A model generated the notes under the pieces. That model made no database searches, was not told the origin of the DNA, and saw only the letters and a list, made by a program, of their open reading frames with translations. From Patescibacteria group bacterium (GTDB lineage Bacteria; Patescibacteriota; Minisyncoccia; Phycocordibacterales; Phycocordibacteraceae): a stretch of DNA of 64,000 bases. Shown here one piece after another: positions 1 through 11,157 of the stretch. Position numbers and translations under genes: made by a program. Position 1 is the stretch's first letter; the number at the start of each line of letters is the position of its first letter. The stretch lies in NCBI GenBank assembly GCA_013815345.1, contig JACDGK010000001.1, positions 3,076-67,075 of the forward strand, in the 5' to 3' direction.

Positions 1-737
1 AGACCGTCATTCGCACAATAGAATTCTGCACTTACATCACTGCTGCTATTGCTGAAAGGAGTGAATTCCTGTGGAAGAACTTCACGTAGTTTGATTTCCG
101 TGAGGTTACTAATGTCTACAGTGGTTGTTGCTACACCATTAGTACCTGTGAAGGTTGTATAGCCATGATTGTAGGGACCGGTAGCATCGCCGGGGCTTCG
201 TGGTGCATTCTGATTGCCCCATTCAAAATCCCAATTCTTATCGATTGCAAGATGGCAATCGTGATGAGTGGCTAGAAACGTAGGGACGGTTGATGCGTCA
301 GTGTTGTGAAACGATCCTCCTAGATTCGGAAGTGCTTCCTCGTCATTACACACAATGCTGCTCGCAATAATCGTTACCATGCTGCTGCTTGACGCAACGA
401 CTGAGGTAGGAGGAGTCGAAGTTGCAGGCGCTATTGGTGCGACTGGGTCAGTGGGTGCCGTAGGATCGGTTGGAGCAGTAGTGCTCGCAACTGGATCCGG
501 GGAAGTTACCTCCACCGGAGCAACCACGGGAGTAGGGGCTACGACTGGATCAGGAATAGCAACCGAAGAATCGGTACCCGAAGATACCTCAGTAGTTGAA
601 CCTGAATTTGTATGTCCCGCTTTAGCAAAAGCATAGTTTGGAACATTTGATACCATCATCCCGAGTAAAAGGATGCTGGCGGAAAGTAGTCCGAGACCTT
701 TGGTCAATCTCGGAAAGCGAGTCTGTAGATATTTCAT
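1..737 (-). CDS. Partial secreted protein (5' end of the gene; continues past the window start). Signal peptide MKYLQTRFPRLTKGLGLLSASILLLGMMVS followed by a Thr/Pro/Val/Ala-rich linker.
   Basis: Manual translation of the minus strand from ATG at 737..735 is open to position 1. It has a signal-peptide-like N-terminus. The listed + ORF 355..636 is its low-complexity antisense shadow. Confidence 0.45.
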   Translation of the reverse strand, partial: MKYLQTRFPRLTKGLGLLSASILLLGMMVSNVPNYAFAKAGHTNSGSTTEVSSGTDSSVAIPDPVVAPTPVVAPVEVTSPDPVASTTAPTDPTAPTDPVAPIAPATSTPPTSVVASSSSMVTIIASSIVCNDEEALPNLGGSFHNTDASTVPTFLATHHDCHLAIDKNWDFEWGNQNAPRSPGDATGPYNHGYTTFTGTNGVATTTVDISNLTEIKLREVLPQEFTPFSNSSSDVSAEFYCANDG

Positions 738-930
738 GATAAATAAGTGATGCATCAAACTGATGCGACGATGAATAAGTAATAGTATTTCTGTGCCCGG
801 TAGCAGTGACTTCAGGATGCCCTGTCAGGAGTCTCTTCTATCCATATTTAGTCATACAGTTAAACTGTAAAAAAGTCAAGGCCCTGCTACCCTCTTCTTT
901 TAAAAATACCTTAATTTCATGAAGAATCGA

Positions 931-1857
931 TTAATTATCCCCCGCAACCAGCGTCGTCCCTAGTAAAGCGCTGATGCGCTCTGCGATAGGTGGATGGGTG
1001 GAAAAAAGCTTGTCGATCCAGTCCGTTGGCTTCGGTCCAAAAGGATCACCTATAAAAAGGTGCGCAGTCGCATGACTCGGTCTTTGCATTGGTGAGGAAT
1101 TTCCGATCTTTTGAAGCGCCGATGCCAATCCTTCCGGATAACGGGTGAGCAGCGCGCCTGAGGCGTCGGCAAGATATTCTCTGCGACGGGAAATTGCGAG
1201 CTCGATGAGCTTTGCTGCAAGAGGAGCAAGAACGATAGCAACGATACTAAAAACAAGAAGAAACATTCCTCCCCCACCGCGATCATCGCTGCGTCCACGC
1301 ATGCCTCCTCCCCAAAAAGAAATTCTCAAAAAGATGTCGGCGATGATGGCTACAAAACCAGCGAGCACTACCGCCACCGTCATGAGCAAGATGTCGCGAT
1401 TGCGAATGTGGGAGAGCTCGTGAGAAATAACCCCTTCGAGCTCGGGTCGAGTCATTATCCCCAAAAGGCCCGTGGTGGCGCAGACAACGGCATGTTTTTC
1501 GTCCCTCCCGGTAGAGAAGGCGTTCGGGGAAGGATCAATTATAACATAGAGCTTGGGCATGGGAATACCTGCTGTAATAGCGAGGTTTTCAGTCACTGTA
1601 TAGAAATCAAAGAATTCTTCCTTTGTTGCGGGTCGGGCATTCGTCATCGAGAGCACTTGTTTATCGGAGAACCAGTAGCTATAGAAATTCATCCCGATCG
1701 CAAAAGCGATTGCGACATACAGAATCGCTGAAGAATTGTAATAGTAGGAAACAGCAAAGCCGATCGCGATGACCACAACTAAAAAGCCGGTCATAAGAAA
1801 CGCAGTACGCCATATATTGCTGGATCGTTCTTGATATAAGGTTGGAGGATTTGCCAT
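931..1857 (-). CDS. htpX: HtpX-family M48 zinc metalloprotease
   Basis: HEXXH motif (HELSHIRNRD) and N-terminal TM helices. The C-terminal 'THPPIAERI' region is typical of HtpX. Confidence 0.85.
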   Translation of the reverse strand: MANPPTLYQERSSNIWRTAFLMTGFLVVVIAIGFAVSYYYNSSAILYVAIAFAIGMNFYSYWFSDKQVLSMTNARPATKEEFFDFYTVTENLAITAGIPMPKLYVIIDPSPNAFSTGRDEKHAVVCATTGLLGIMTRPELEGVISHELSHIRNRDILLMTVAVVLAGFVAIIADIFLRISFWGGGMRGRSDDRGGGGMFLLVFSIVAIVLAPLAAKLIELAISRRREYLADASGALLTRYPEGLASALQKIGNSSPMQRPSHATAHLFIGDPFGPKPTDWIDKLFSTHPPIAERISALLGTTLVAGDN

Positions 1858-1875
1858 AGTGATTTCAAAAATAAT

Positions 1876-2394
1876 TTACCGCGTAAGACGTTCGTTAACC
1901 AATGTTATTTCGTGATCGATACCTTGGATGAGTTCGTACTTCGAAATCTCCTCAACGGTTATCCACGCATACTCGGTCGCGTCATTGTCCAAAATTACTT
2001 CTCCGTCGATGTATTTACAATAAAAACTGAGAACAATGGCGGGCACACCATCGGGTCGAATGAACGCCACGTCGAGAAGATATTCGATGTTTTCGACTTC
2101 GAGTCCTACCTCTTCTTTGATCTCTCGCCGCAGAGCTTTCTCGACGGCGTTATACCATTGCGGACTCTCATCATTCTGGTGAGTTGCTTTAGTCTTGAGA
2201 TAATCGTCTACATTCAGACCTCCTCCGGGAATGGTCCATTTGTTTGGCCACGCTTTTTTATGCGGCGAACGTTTGGTGATGAGATAGGAATAGATTCCCT
2301 TTTCATCCTTCTTCCAGATAATTCCCGTGATCGCGATGCGATGCAACTCCTGATGAATTGGACTTGGCGCTGCGGATACAGGGGCCGTCGCCAT
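1876..2394 (-). CDS. NUDIX hydrolase
   Basis: Nudix box PGGGLNVDD...EKALRREIKEEVGLEV. Confidence 0.8.
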   Translation of the reverse strand: MATAPVSAAPSPIHQELHRIAITGIIWKKDEKGIYSYLITKRSPHKKAWPNKWTIPGGGLNVDDYLKTKATHQNDESPQWYNAVEKALRREIKEEVGLEVENIEYLLDVAFIRPDGVPAIVLSFYCKYIDGEVILDNDATEYAWITVEEISKYELIQGIDHEITLVNERLTR

Positions 2395-2401
2395 AGATAA
2401 T

Positions 2402-2962
2402 TTAGAAACTAACCTTTACTGGTTCCCTTGCTGCAGCATCGGTGTCACCCAATTCAAAGAGATCCATTTTGCCAATATGGAATGAGGAGGCAATGATATT
2501 TCCCGGGAACTGTTCGATAGCGATGTTGAGATCACGCACGTTACTATTGTAGAAGCGACGAGCAGCTTGAATTTTGTCCTCAGTATCGCCGAGCTGCTGC
2601 TGGAGTTGAAGGAAGTTCTGATTAGCTTTGAGATCAGGATAAGCTTCCGAAACAGCGAAGAGAGATTTGAGTGCCCCGGTAAGCATATTTTCTGCTTGAG
2701 CTTTGTCCGCAGTAGTGCCTGCTTGCATAGCCTGCGAGCGTGCTTTCGTTACATTTTCAAATACAGCGCTTTCGTGCGACGCATATCCTTTGACGGTCTC
2801 GACCAGATTAGGAATGAGATCATAGCGGCGCTTGAGCTGCACGTCGATGTCTGCCCATGCTTCTTTGGTGCGATTTACGCGCGAAATGAATCCGTTGTAT
2901 GACACTGCGATCCAGAGCAGGATGAGAACGACGAGTGCGATGATGACGTAAAGAATGATCAT
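2402..2962 (-). CDS. lemA: LemA family membrane protein
   Basis: N-terminal TM helix followed by a conserved LemA core (NRTKEAWADIDVQLKRRYDLIPNLVETVKGYASHE). Confidence 0.8.
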   Translation of the reverse strand: MIILYVIIALVVLILLWIAVSYNGFISRVNRTKEAWADIDVQLKRRYDLIPNLVETVKGYASHESAVFENVTKARSQAMQAGTTADKAQAENMLTGALKSLFAVSEAYPDLKANQNFLQLQQQLGDTEDKIQAARRFYNSNVRDLNIAIEQFPGNIIASSFHIGKMDLFELGDTDAAAREPVKVSF

Positions 2963-3055
2963 AGGTGTGCGTTAGTGAGTGCCATAAGTATAGCACTTTT
3001 CTGGACTTGTCAATAGTTTGGAATGAGGTATAGTGTAGGTGGAAAGGAGGTCCCC

Positions 3056-3199
3056 ATGATCTTGAAAAATTGTTTCCGCGCTGCCACGGGAGTGCTCGGA
3101 CTTGCTCTCCTCGGCACCGTTGGGTTGTTTCTCTGCGCCCTCGCGCCGCTCTTGGTGAGCCGGGATGACCTGAGCGCTGCCGGCGTTCTGTGGAAATAG
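3056..3199 (+). CDS. Small hydrophobic protein (47 aa) MILKNCFRAATGVLGLALLGTVGLFLCALAPLLVSRDDLSAAGVLWK
   Basis: Strong Shine-Dalgarno GGAAAGGAGG lies 6 nt upstream of the ATG. It has a single TM-like segment and is followed by a GC-rich hairpin plus T-tract. It is below the ORF-track length cutoff. Confidence 0.4.
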   Translation: MILKNCFRAATGVLGLALLGTVGLFLCALAPLLVSRDDLSAAGVLWK

Positions 3200-3213
3200 A
3201 CTATCGCGCGAAA

Positions 3214-3249
3214 GCGCCGCGGCCCTTCGGGACCGCGGCGCTTCTTTCT
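3214..3249 (+). terminator. Rho-independent terminator (GCGCCGCGGCCC-TTCG-GGACCGCGGCGC followed by TTCTTTCT)
   Basis: GC-rich imperfect 12-bp stem, tetraloop and a T-rich tail directly after the small ORF. Confidence 0.5.
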
Positions 3250-3269
3250 ATACTTACACCTGAAGGTTT

Positions 3270-4940
<1,671 letters not shown>

Positions 4941-5255
4941 CTATTTGGTAATGACTGCGAGAATGCTGGACTCAGAAAGGATATAGTACTCCTGCTCGTC
5001 TACTTTGACTTCGTCATAGCCATATTTTGAAAAGAGAACGGTTTGTCCGACCTTAACCCCCATTGCCACGAGCTTCCCGTCTTCGGTCTTGCCAGGTCCC
5101 ACGGCGACCACGGTGCCTTTTGCGGGGCGTTCTTTGTCTGCAGTGTCAGGGATGATGATACCGAACGTTGATGTTTTTTCATCATTCTTTGATGATGGCT
5201 TCACGACGACACGATCTCCAAGAGGTGAAATCGAAAGAGTGTCTGCTTTTGGCAT
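4941..5255 (-). CDS. groS: Co-chaperonin GroES (Hsp10)
   Basis: 104 aa, ISPLGDRVVVK...GTVVAVGPG pattern, immediately upstream of groL. Confidence 0.9.
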   Translation of the reverse strand: MPKADTLSISPLGDRVVVKPSSKNDEKTSTFGIIIPDTADKERPAKGTVVAVGPGKTEDGKLVAMGVKVGQTVLFSKYGYDEVKVDEQEYYILSESSILAVITK

Positions 5256-5410
5256 AATTAAGAGATGAAATTACCGATCGTTTATAAAAATCGACGTGAA
5301 TGGCTACACGTGTGTACTATTTACCCCGGTTCGACACCGGTCGTATCTGCATTATAGAGACCTAGAATAGTCCGGTCAAGGAATGGTCCAATCTTTCTAT
5401 TTTAGATACT

Positions 5411-5450
5411 TAAAAAAATAAAAAGTGCCACCCGAAGTCTGGGGCGGCAC
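5411..5450 (-). terminator. Rho-independent terminator of the response-regulator gene
   Basis: On the minus strand GTGCCGCCCC-loop-GGGTGGCAC is followed by TTTTATTTTTTT, directly after the stop at 5456. Confidence 0.55.
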
Positions 5451-5455
5451 TGAGT

Positions 5456-5842
5456 TCACACAAGATGAAGGCGGCAGGTCGACCGCAAAGAGGAGTTGAT
5501 CTCGTCGACTATTGAAAGAAGATTTGCTAGCCGCTCCGCCTTATCGACGAATTCTCCTCCAAGTTTCCGCACCTCCGGCCGATGTTCAGCGTTCCCGCTA
5601 AAAAGTATGATCTGAAGCTTCTCGTGCCTCACATCTGCCCGGATGCGACGTATTGCTTCGATTCCAGTGATCGCGGGCATATCGTTATCCGTGATCAGGA
5701 GATCGAATTTCTCACTCGAGTGGAGCGTATCGATTAGATCCTGCCCATTCTCCACCCCTTCCACTTCATATCCCCTATTCTGCAGGATTCGCCTTATGAG
5801 GTTTCTGAGATTGGTATCGTCATCGGAGATGAGTATTCTCAT
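5456..5842 (-). CDS. Single-domain response regulator (CheY-like receiver)
   Basis: Receiver-domain pattern: MRILISDDD..., LLITDNDMP phospho-acceptor Asp region and a conserved Lys near the C-terminus. Confidence 0.8.
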   Translation of the reverse strand: MRILISDDDTNLRNLIRRILQNRGYEVEGVENGQDLIDTLHSSEKFDLLITDNDMPAITGIEAIRRIRADVRHEKLQIILFSGNAEHRPEVRKLGGEFVDKAERLANLLSIVDEINSSLRSTCRLHLV

Positions 5843-5964
5843 TTTTCCTTCCTCCCTTACGTGACTTTACGAAGAGCCAGAGTAAATTTCCATCCTTACA
5901 ATGCCACAGCTACTCTATTTAGTAAAGCGAGGGTCTCAGCGGTTCTTGCTCGGCATAGAGTGCC

Positions 5965-6216
5965 GTGGTAAGGTTTTTCCTACAGATGGAGACACTCAAG
6001 GCACTACTGCCCTACGCAGAAATAACACTCGCGCTCCTCCTCATCATCGGTGTCGTGCTCCAGCAGCGCGGCGCCGGCCTCGGAGGAGCCTTTGGTGGTG
6101 ACAATTTCGCCTCGACATTCTACAAACGACGCGGCGCAGAGAAATTCCTATTCAATGCAAGCATCGTGATTGCTGTCCTTTTCGTGGCGACGGCAATTGC
6201 CGGGTTTCTCATCTAA
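5965..6216 (+). CDS. secG: Preprotein translocase subunit SecG (start may be the internal METLK at 5986)
   Basis: About 75 aa with two TM helices and the Gly-rich loop QQRGAGLGGAFGG characteristic of SecG. Confidence 0.7.
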   Translation: MVRFFLQMETLKALLPYAEITLALLLIIGVVLQQRGAGLGGAFGGDNFASTFYKRRGAEKFLFNASIVIAVLFVATAIAGFLI

Positions 6217-6230
6217 TCCATCCAACCACC

Positions 6231-7955
6231 ATGAAGGAGCGCCTACAAAAGCTCCGCACTTTTCTCTTTGCGCGGCATTCCGTGCCGTTCTTCGCAGATT
6301 TTGCGGATTATTTGAGAGTATTGCCCCCCAGCGACCGATTCATTTTTGGTATTCTCGGTGTGCTTATTGCCGGGTTGAGTCTCATAAGCGTCTACGCGCT
6401 TGAGAAAAAAATTCTTATAACCGAACCGGTATATGGAGGGGGCCTCACCGAAGGAGTTGTCGGATCGCCTCGATTCATTAATCCCCTACTCGCGCTCTCT
6501 GATGCCGATCGGGATATTAGTGCGCTCACCTATGCAGGACTTATGGGCGAAGGTCCGGATGGCGCTCTTATTCCCGTACTCGCCGAAAGTTATATCGTAT
6601 CGCCTGATGGTAAGACGTATCAGTTCACCCTCCGAAATAATGCAAAATTTTCGGACGGCTCTCCCGTGACGGCAAACGATGTCGTCTTTACTATTCAGAA
6701 AGCGCAAGATCCTGCTTTGAAGAGTCCTGAGTACGCCAATTGGAGCAATGTCGCAGTTACCGCTATTGATTCACGTACCGTCCAGTTCACCTTATCTGCT
6801 CCGTACGCACCTTTTCTGGAAGATACGACGCTCGGTATATTGCCGGCGCATCTCTGGCGTACCGTAACCAATGATGAATTTCCTTTTTCAGACCTCGAAG
6901 TAAGGCCCGTCGGTGCAGGACCATTCATACCGAGAGAAATTGTGCGCAACAAGAATAATTCGATTACCAGCTATACGGTGACGAGCAATCCAAACTATCC
7001 TCTTGGCCGGCCGTATCTTGATTCTTTACACTTTGTATTTTTTGGAGATCAATCCTCGCTTCAAAATGCGGTCACTTCTCACGCCGTTGAGAGTGCCTCG
7101 GGGGTTACCGCTAAAAGGGTTGTCACTGCTCCGTATGCGCGCGTCTTTGCTGTATTCTTCAATCCAAAATCAGGTGACCTTTTTGCAAAGCAGCCTGCGC
7201 GGGAGGCGTTATCGGTTGCGGTAGATCGACAGGTGATCGTGAAAAATTTGCTTGGTGGCTATGCGACAGCGATTGCTGGCCCCGTGCCTCCAGGTCAAGG
7301 GGTGGTGAGTCTTCCAGTGCCCTCATCAGAAAATCGCATCGCGAGCTCCACAGCAATTCTTGAAAAGGGTGGGTGGAAACTCGATGCGGGCACGCATGAG
7401 TGGAAAAACGCTTCCGGGGAAACACTGTCGGTCACGCTTAAGACTGCGAACGTTCCCGAGTTGAAAAGGATTGCCGAAGCGGTACAAACTGACTGGAAAG
7501 AGCTGGGGATACCGACTTCACTGCAGCTCTATGAGTCGGGGGATCTCAATCAGAGCGTCATCCAGCCGCGTGCTTACCAGGCACTCCTTTTCGGCATGGT
7601 AGTAGGTAAAAGCGATGATCTGTATGATTTTTGGGATTCAAAAGAACAAGCGAGTCCCGGATTGAATCTCACCGCCTATAACAACCCTGCCGTAGATACC
7701 TTATTGACGAAGATTCGCGCGGAAACTGATCCTGCCACCCGAGTCAAAGATCTTTCAGAGGTGAATGCCTTGATCGCTGCCGATTATCCAGCGGCCTTTA
7801 TTGAATCCCCGGATTTTGTCTACGCCGTGCCAAATGATCTTAAAGGAGTTATACTGCCACAGATAACGTCGCCTGCGGACCGTTTCGCAAATGTCGAAAA
7901 CTGGTACCGACGCACTGAATCTGTGTGGCCATTTTTAGCCCGCAGTTCACGCTAA
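6231..7955 (+). CDS. ABC transporter substrate-binding protein, family 5 (oligopeptide/dipeptide type)
   Basis: N-terminal TM/signal anchor and an SBP_bac_5-like core (YQFTLRNNAKFSDGSPVTANDVVFTIQ), about 570 aa. Confidence 0.75.
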   Translation: MKERLQKLRTFLFARHSVPFFADFADYLRVLPPSDRFIFGILGVLIAGLSLISVYALEKKILITEPVYGGGLTEGVVGSPRFINPLLALSDADRDISALTYAGLMGEGPDGALIPVLAESYIVSPDGKTYQFTLRNNAKFSDGSPVTANDVVFTIQKAQDPALKSPEYANWSNVAVTAIDSRTVQFTLSAPYAPFLEDTTLGILPAHLWRTVTNDEFPFSDLEVRPVGAGPFIPREIVRNKNNSITSYTVTSNPNYPLGRPYLDSLHFVFFGDQSSLQNAVTSHAVESASGVTAKRVVTAPYARVFAVFFNPKSGDLFAKQPAREALSVAVDRQVIVKNLLGGYATAIAGPVPPGQGVVSLPVPSSENRIASSTAILEKGGWKLDAGTHEWKNASGETLSVTLKTANVPELKRIAEAVQTDWKELGIPTSLQLYESGDLNQSVIQPRAYQALLFGMVVGKSDDLYDFWDSKEQASPGLNLTAYNNPAVDTLLTKIRAETDPATRVKDLSEVNALIAADYPAAFIESPDFVYAVPNDLKGVILPQITSPADRFANVENWYRRTESVWPFLARSSR

Positions 7956-8022
7956 TTCATAGCGCGTAAAAATACACGTGAATAAAATATTAAAAATTAG
8001 AATCTAACCTACTTACAACTCC

Positions 8023-10065
8023 ATGACTTCCGCACCAGCTCCGGCACCTGCCCCTGGCAACAATTCCCGCACCCCTCAAAATAATGAAGACCATACAATC
8101 TCGTCAGTGCATCCTTCTCGAAATGACAGCCGATCCCCGCGGCCGCCGATGCGCGGCGGGAGATCCGACGGCCCAGGCGGCAATCGCGGTCCGCGCGGAC
8201 CACGGCCTCCTTTCAGAAATAACGGTCCTCGACCACCCGCTTCTTCGAACGGACGCCCGGGAGGCGCACGCAGTACTAATTCATCCAGCCGTCCCGGACG
8301 CGTGAGCAGACAAATACAGCGAACGTTGCGGAGACTTCCAGCTCCCAACTCCGTCGCAAAGAAACTCGCTGATTATTTTCCTGACATCGCTCCGGACAAT
8401 GTCGTTCGTGTCATTCCCCTTGGCGGTGTCGAGGAAGTGGGACGCAACATGATTGCGGTAGAGACGCAAGGCGAGATATTTGTTTTTGACGCTGGTTTTC
8501 AATTTACCTCTGAAGACACTTCTCCCGGTGTCGACTATATTCTTCCAAATACAAAGTATCTTGAGCACAACGCTGACCGTGTAAAGGCGGTATTTATTAC
8601 GCACGGACACCTCGACCACATCGGTGCTATTCCATTTATCATGAACCGTTTCGGCAATCCACCGATTTACACGCAGAATCTTTCTGCAGTCATGATTCAG
8701 AAACGGCAAGAGGAATATCCCGACATGCCTGCACCAAATCTTGTCGTTGTCGAGCCAGGCTCAACGCACACCATTGGTAAGACCCGGGTGAAATTCTTCC
8801 CCGTCACTCACTCAATACCTGATTCGATGGGCATCGCCATCGAAACACCATATGGCAATGTCATCGCAACGGGCGACCTGAAGCTCGACCATGAAAATGG
8901 TATTCCAGTCGAACACGAGCAAAAGAAATGGGGCGAGCTTGGCGCTCAAAAGAACCTTATGTTCATTGCGGACTCAACCAATGCCGAACGCGATGGGTTC
9001 TCGATTCCCGAACGCCGTGTGACTGAGACACTCGAAGAGATCATCAAAACTGTCCAGGGTCGCCTTATCATCGGTACCTTCGCTTCGCAATTTGACCGCA
9101 TGGTGCATATCATCGAGAGCGCAGAAAAGTATGGCAAAAAGATCGTAACTGAAGGACGCTCGATAAAAACTAATCTCGAAATCGCTCAGCAAACCGGGCT
9201 TCTAAAGATCGACAAAGGCACGCTTATCAGTTCACAAGACATGGCCGACTACCCGCCGGATAAAATCGTTATTCTCGCAACGGGCGCGCAAGGTGAGGAA
9301 TTTGCAGCACTCATGCGCATCGCGACCAAACAGCACAAGTTCGTGCAGCTCACGCCCCGTGACACTATCGTGCTTTCATCCTCCGTTATCCCAGGCAACG
9401 AAATCTCCGTACAAAAACTCAAAGATAATCTGTATCGAAATGGCGTTACGCTCATTCATTACAAATCATCTGACGTGCACTCGACCGGGCATGGCAATAC
9501 AGGTGAGCTGGTCTGGATCAATAAGCAAGTAAATGCGACATTCTTCATGCCTGCCTATGGCTATTATTCTATGACTTCCTGTCATGCAAAAGCTGTGGAG
9601 CAATCAGGACGACCTCGTGAATCAATTATTCTTGCTGACAACGGCATGGTCATTGATATGATCGACGGTGAAAAGCTTTTCATTCATAAAGAGAAAGTAC
9701 CTTCTGCGCCACTCATCGTAGATGGCTTTGCTATCGGCGACATGCAGGAAGTGGTAATTCGTGATCGTCAGGCGCTTTCAAAGGATGGCATGTTCGTCAT
9801 TATCGCGACGGTGAATCTAAAGACTGGCAAACTTCGAAAGTCACCGGACATTATTTCCCGCGGATTCATTTACCTTCGTGAATCCCAAGAGCTCTTGAAC
9901 ACGGCACGACTTCTTATTAAGAAGACGGTTGAGGACTCGACGCGCAATATGAACCCCGTTGATCTCGACTTCGTAAAGAATGAGATCTCGGATGTGATGG
10001 CGGGATATCTTTTCCAAAAGACCAACAAGGCGCCGATGGTTATTCCGGTGCTGATCGGAGTGTAG
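8023..10065 (+). CDS. rnj: Ribonuclease J (metallo-beta-lactamase/beta-CASP) with a roughly 120-aa Arg/Gly/Pro/Ser-rich N-terminal extension
   Basis: HGHLDHIG motif, RVIPLGGVEEVGRNM start of the core, beta-CASP and C-terminal domain. The N-terminus PAPAPAPGNNSRTP...RGGRSDGPGGNRGPRGPRPPFRNNGPRPP is low-complexity. Confidence 0.85.
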   Translation: MTSAPAPAPAPGNNSRTPQNNEDHTISSVHPSRNDSRSPRPPMRGGRSDGPGGNRGPRGPRPPFRNNGPRPPASSNGRPGGARSTNSSSRPGRVSRQIQRTLRRLPAPNSVAKKLADYFPDIAPDNVVRVIPLGGVEEVGRNMIAVETQGEIFVFDAGFQFTSEDTSPGVDYILPNTKYLEHNADRVKAVFITHGHLDHIGAIPFIMNRFGNPPIYTQNLSAVMIQKRQEEYPDMPAPNLVVVEPGSTHTIGKTRVKFFPVTHSIPDSMGIAIETPYGNVIATGDLKLDHENGIPVEHEQKKWGELGAQKNLMFIADSTNAERDGFSIPERRVTETLEEIIKTVQGRLIIGTFASQFDRMVHIIESAEKYGKKIVTEGRSIKTNLEIAQQTGLLKIDKGTLISSQDMADYPPDKIVILATGAQGEEFAALMRIATKQHKFVQLTPRDTIVLSSSVIPGNEISVQKLKDNLYRNGVTLIHYKSSDVHSTGHGNTGELVWINKQVNATFFMPAYGYYSMTSCHAKAVEQSGRPRESIILADNGMVIDMIDGEKLFIHKEKVPSAPLIVDGFAIGDMQEVVIRDRQALSKDGMFVIIATVNLKTGKLRKSPDIISRGFIYLRESQELLNTARLLIKKTVEDSTRNMNPVDLDFVKNEISDVMAGYLFQKTNKAPMVIPVLIGV

Positions 10066-10073
10066 TTGCGCGT

Positions 10074-10173
10074 CGCAGGCATAGCCATAAAAAGGTACGC
10101 ATAATTTTCTGCTGAAAATTTGCTCGCTCTCGCGCGGTCACGCTCCGAGAGCCCTTTTTATGGCTATGCCTGC
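10074..10173. repeat. Long inverted repeat (21-bp arms GCAGGCATAGCCATAAAAAGG / CCTTTTTATGGCTATGCCTGC, about 58-nt spacer containing a nested GC-rich palindrome)
   Basis: Read directly in the gap between the convergent rnj (+) and glycosylase (-) genes. Probably a bidirectional terminator or structured element. Confidence 0.5.
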
Positions 10174-10191
10174 TTCGCTCCCCTCGATATC

Positions 10192-11064
10192 CTAGTGCGG
10201 CAGTCGGAAGTGACTTCCATTCTTCTGTATTAAATGCTCACTCTCAAGTCTTTGGATTTGTATTTTTATTTGGTCCTTCCGGTCATGACCCAACAATCTA
10301 GAAAGTTGAGCCACAGTTTGAGGACCGGAAATAAGAGCTCTGAGAATTGCGCCGCGGACTTCTCGATTTGAACCCGCGAATGTTGATTGTTTTGTATAGG
10401 TGGTGCTTTTAGTATTGTTGCGAACTCCCGAACGTTTCAGGTGAGCGCCATAGTCCATGAGCGCGGAGTACCATTCGCGGGCATTTCCTTTCGGGAGTGC
10501 TTTCGCTAAAATCGCCAGAATATCTTTATCTGCGACTTCTTTCTGATCATGAAAAAAATGATGCGTGATGACCGTACGCACGTTTGTTTCGATACATACG
10601 ACATCTAAATTGTACGCGAAAGTGGCCACTGCTCGGGCCGTATAGGGACCGACCCCTCGTAACGATTCCAGCTCCTCGACCGAGTCAGGAAGTTTTCCTT
10701 TATATTCACTTACTATCTGTTTCGCTGCTTCATGCAGCATTTTTGCGCGACGATTGTACCCAAGCCCTTGCCACTCTTTTAGGACATCCCCGAGCGATGC
10801 TTTTGCGAGGGCATGAACCGTTGGAAATTTTTTGAGAAATTCTTTATAAAACGGCTTTACTCTATCAACTTGTGTCTGCTGCAGCATCACTTCAGACACC
10901 AAAATCTTATAGGGATCCGTTGTCTTCCGCCACGGCAAATCATGTCTCCCTTCTTTCTCATAGTATTTCCAGACGATTCGCTGAAAATCTCGAATGTTGC
11001 CAGAGGATCCTTTTACCATGTTCCGAGGAGGGGCTCTCGGAGCTGGTCTGGCTTGGCCCGCCAT
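10192..11064 (-). CDS. HhH-GPD DNA glycosylase (MutY/EndoIII-like) lacking the 4Fe-4S Cys motif, with a C-terminal winged-helix-like tail
   Basis: HhH-GPD core LQQTQVDRV...LRGVGPYTARAV. Only one Cys in the region where MutY/Nth carry C-X6-C-X2-C-X5-C. Confidence 0.65.
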   Translation of the reverse strand: MAGQARPAPRAPPRNMVKGSSGNIRDFQRIVWKYYEKEGRHDLPWRKTTDPYKILVSEVMLQQTQVDRVKPFYKEFLKKFPTVHALAKASLGDVLKEWQGLGYNRRAKMLHEAAKQIVSEYKGKLPDSVEELESLRGVGPYTARAVATFAYNLDVVCIETNVRTVITHHFFHDQKEVADKDILAILAKALPKGNAREWYSALMDYGAHLKRSGVRNNTKSTTYTKQSTFAGSNREVRGAILRALISGPQTVAQLSRLLGHDRKDQIKIQIQRLESEHLIQKNGSHFRLPH

Positions 11065-11157
11065 TCTGATGGCGGCAGACCGGCGAGAGGGAGCGCGACT
11101 CTCCGCAGGAAAGAGTCGACGCGTACCCCCGCAGGAATAGGGGAAAAGATTCCTCTT

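Noticed and set aside
355-636. 93-aa + strand ORF rich in Gly/Ala/Thr/Val
   Set aside because: It is the antisense shadow of the Thr/Pro/Val-rich linker of the minus-strand partial gene (1..737). It has low-complexity composition and no start context.
5256-5455. Search for a CIRCE (TTAGCACTC-N9-GAGTGCTAA) HrcA operator upstream of groES
   Set aside because: No CIRCE-like inverted repeat was found. Only a terminator hairpin for the upstream gene was seen.
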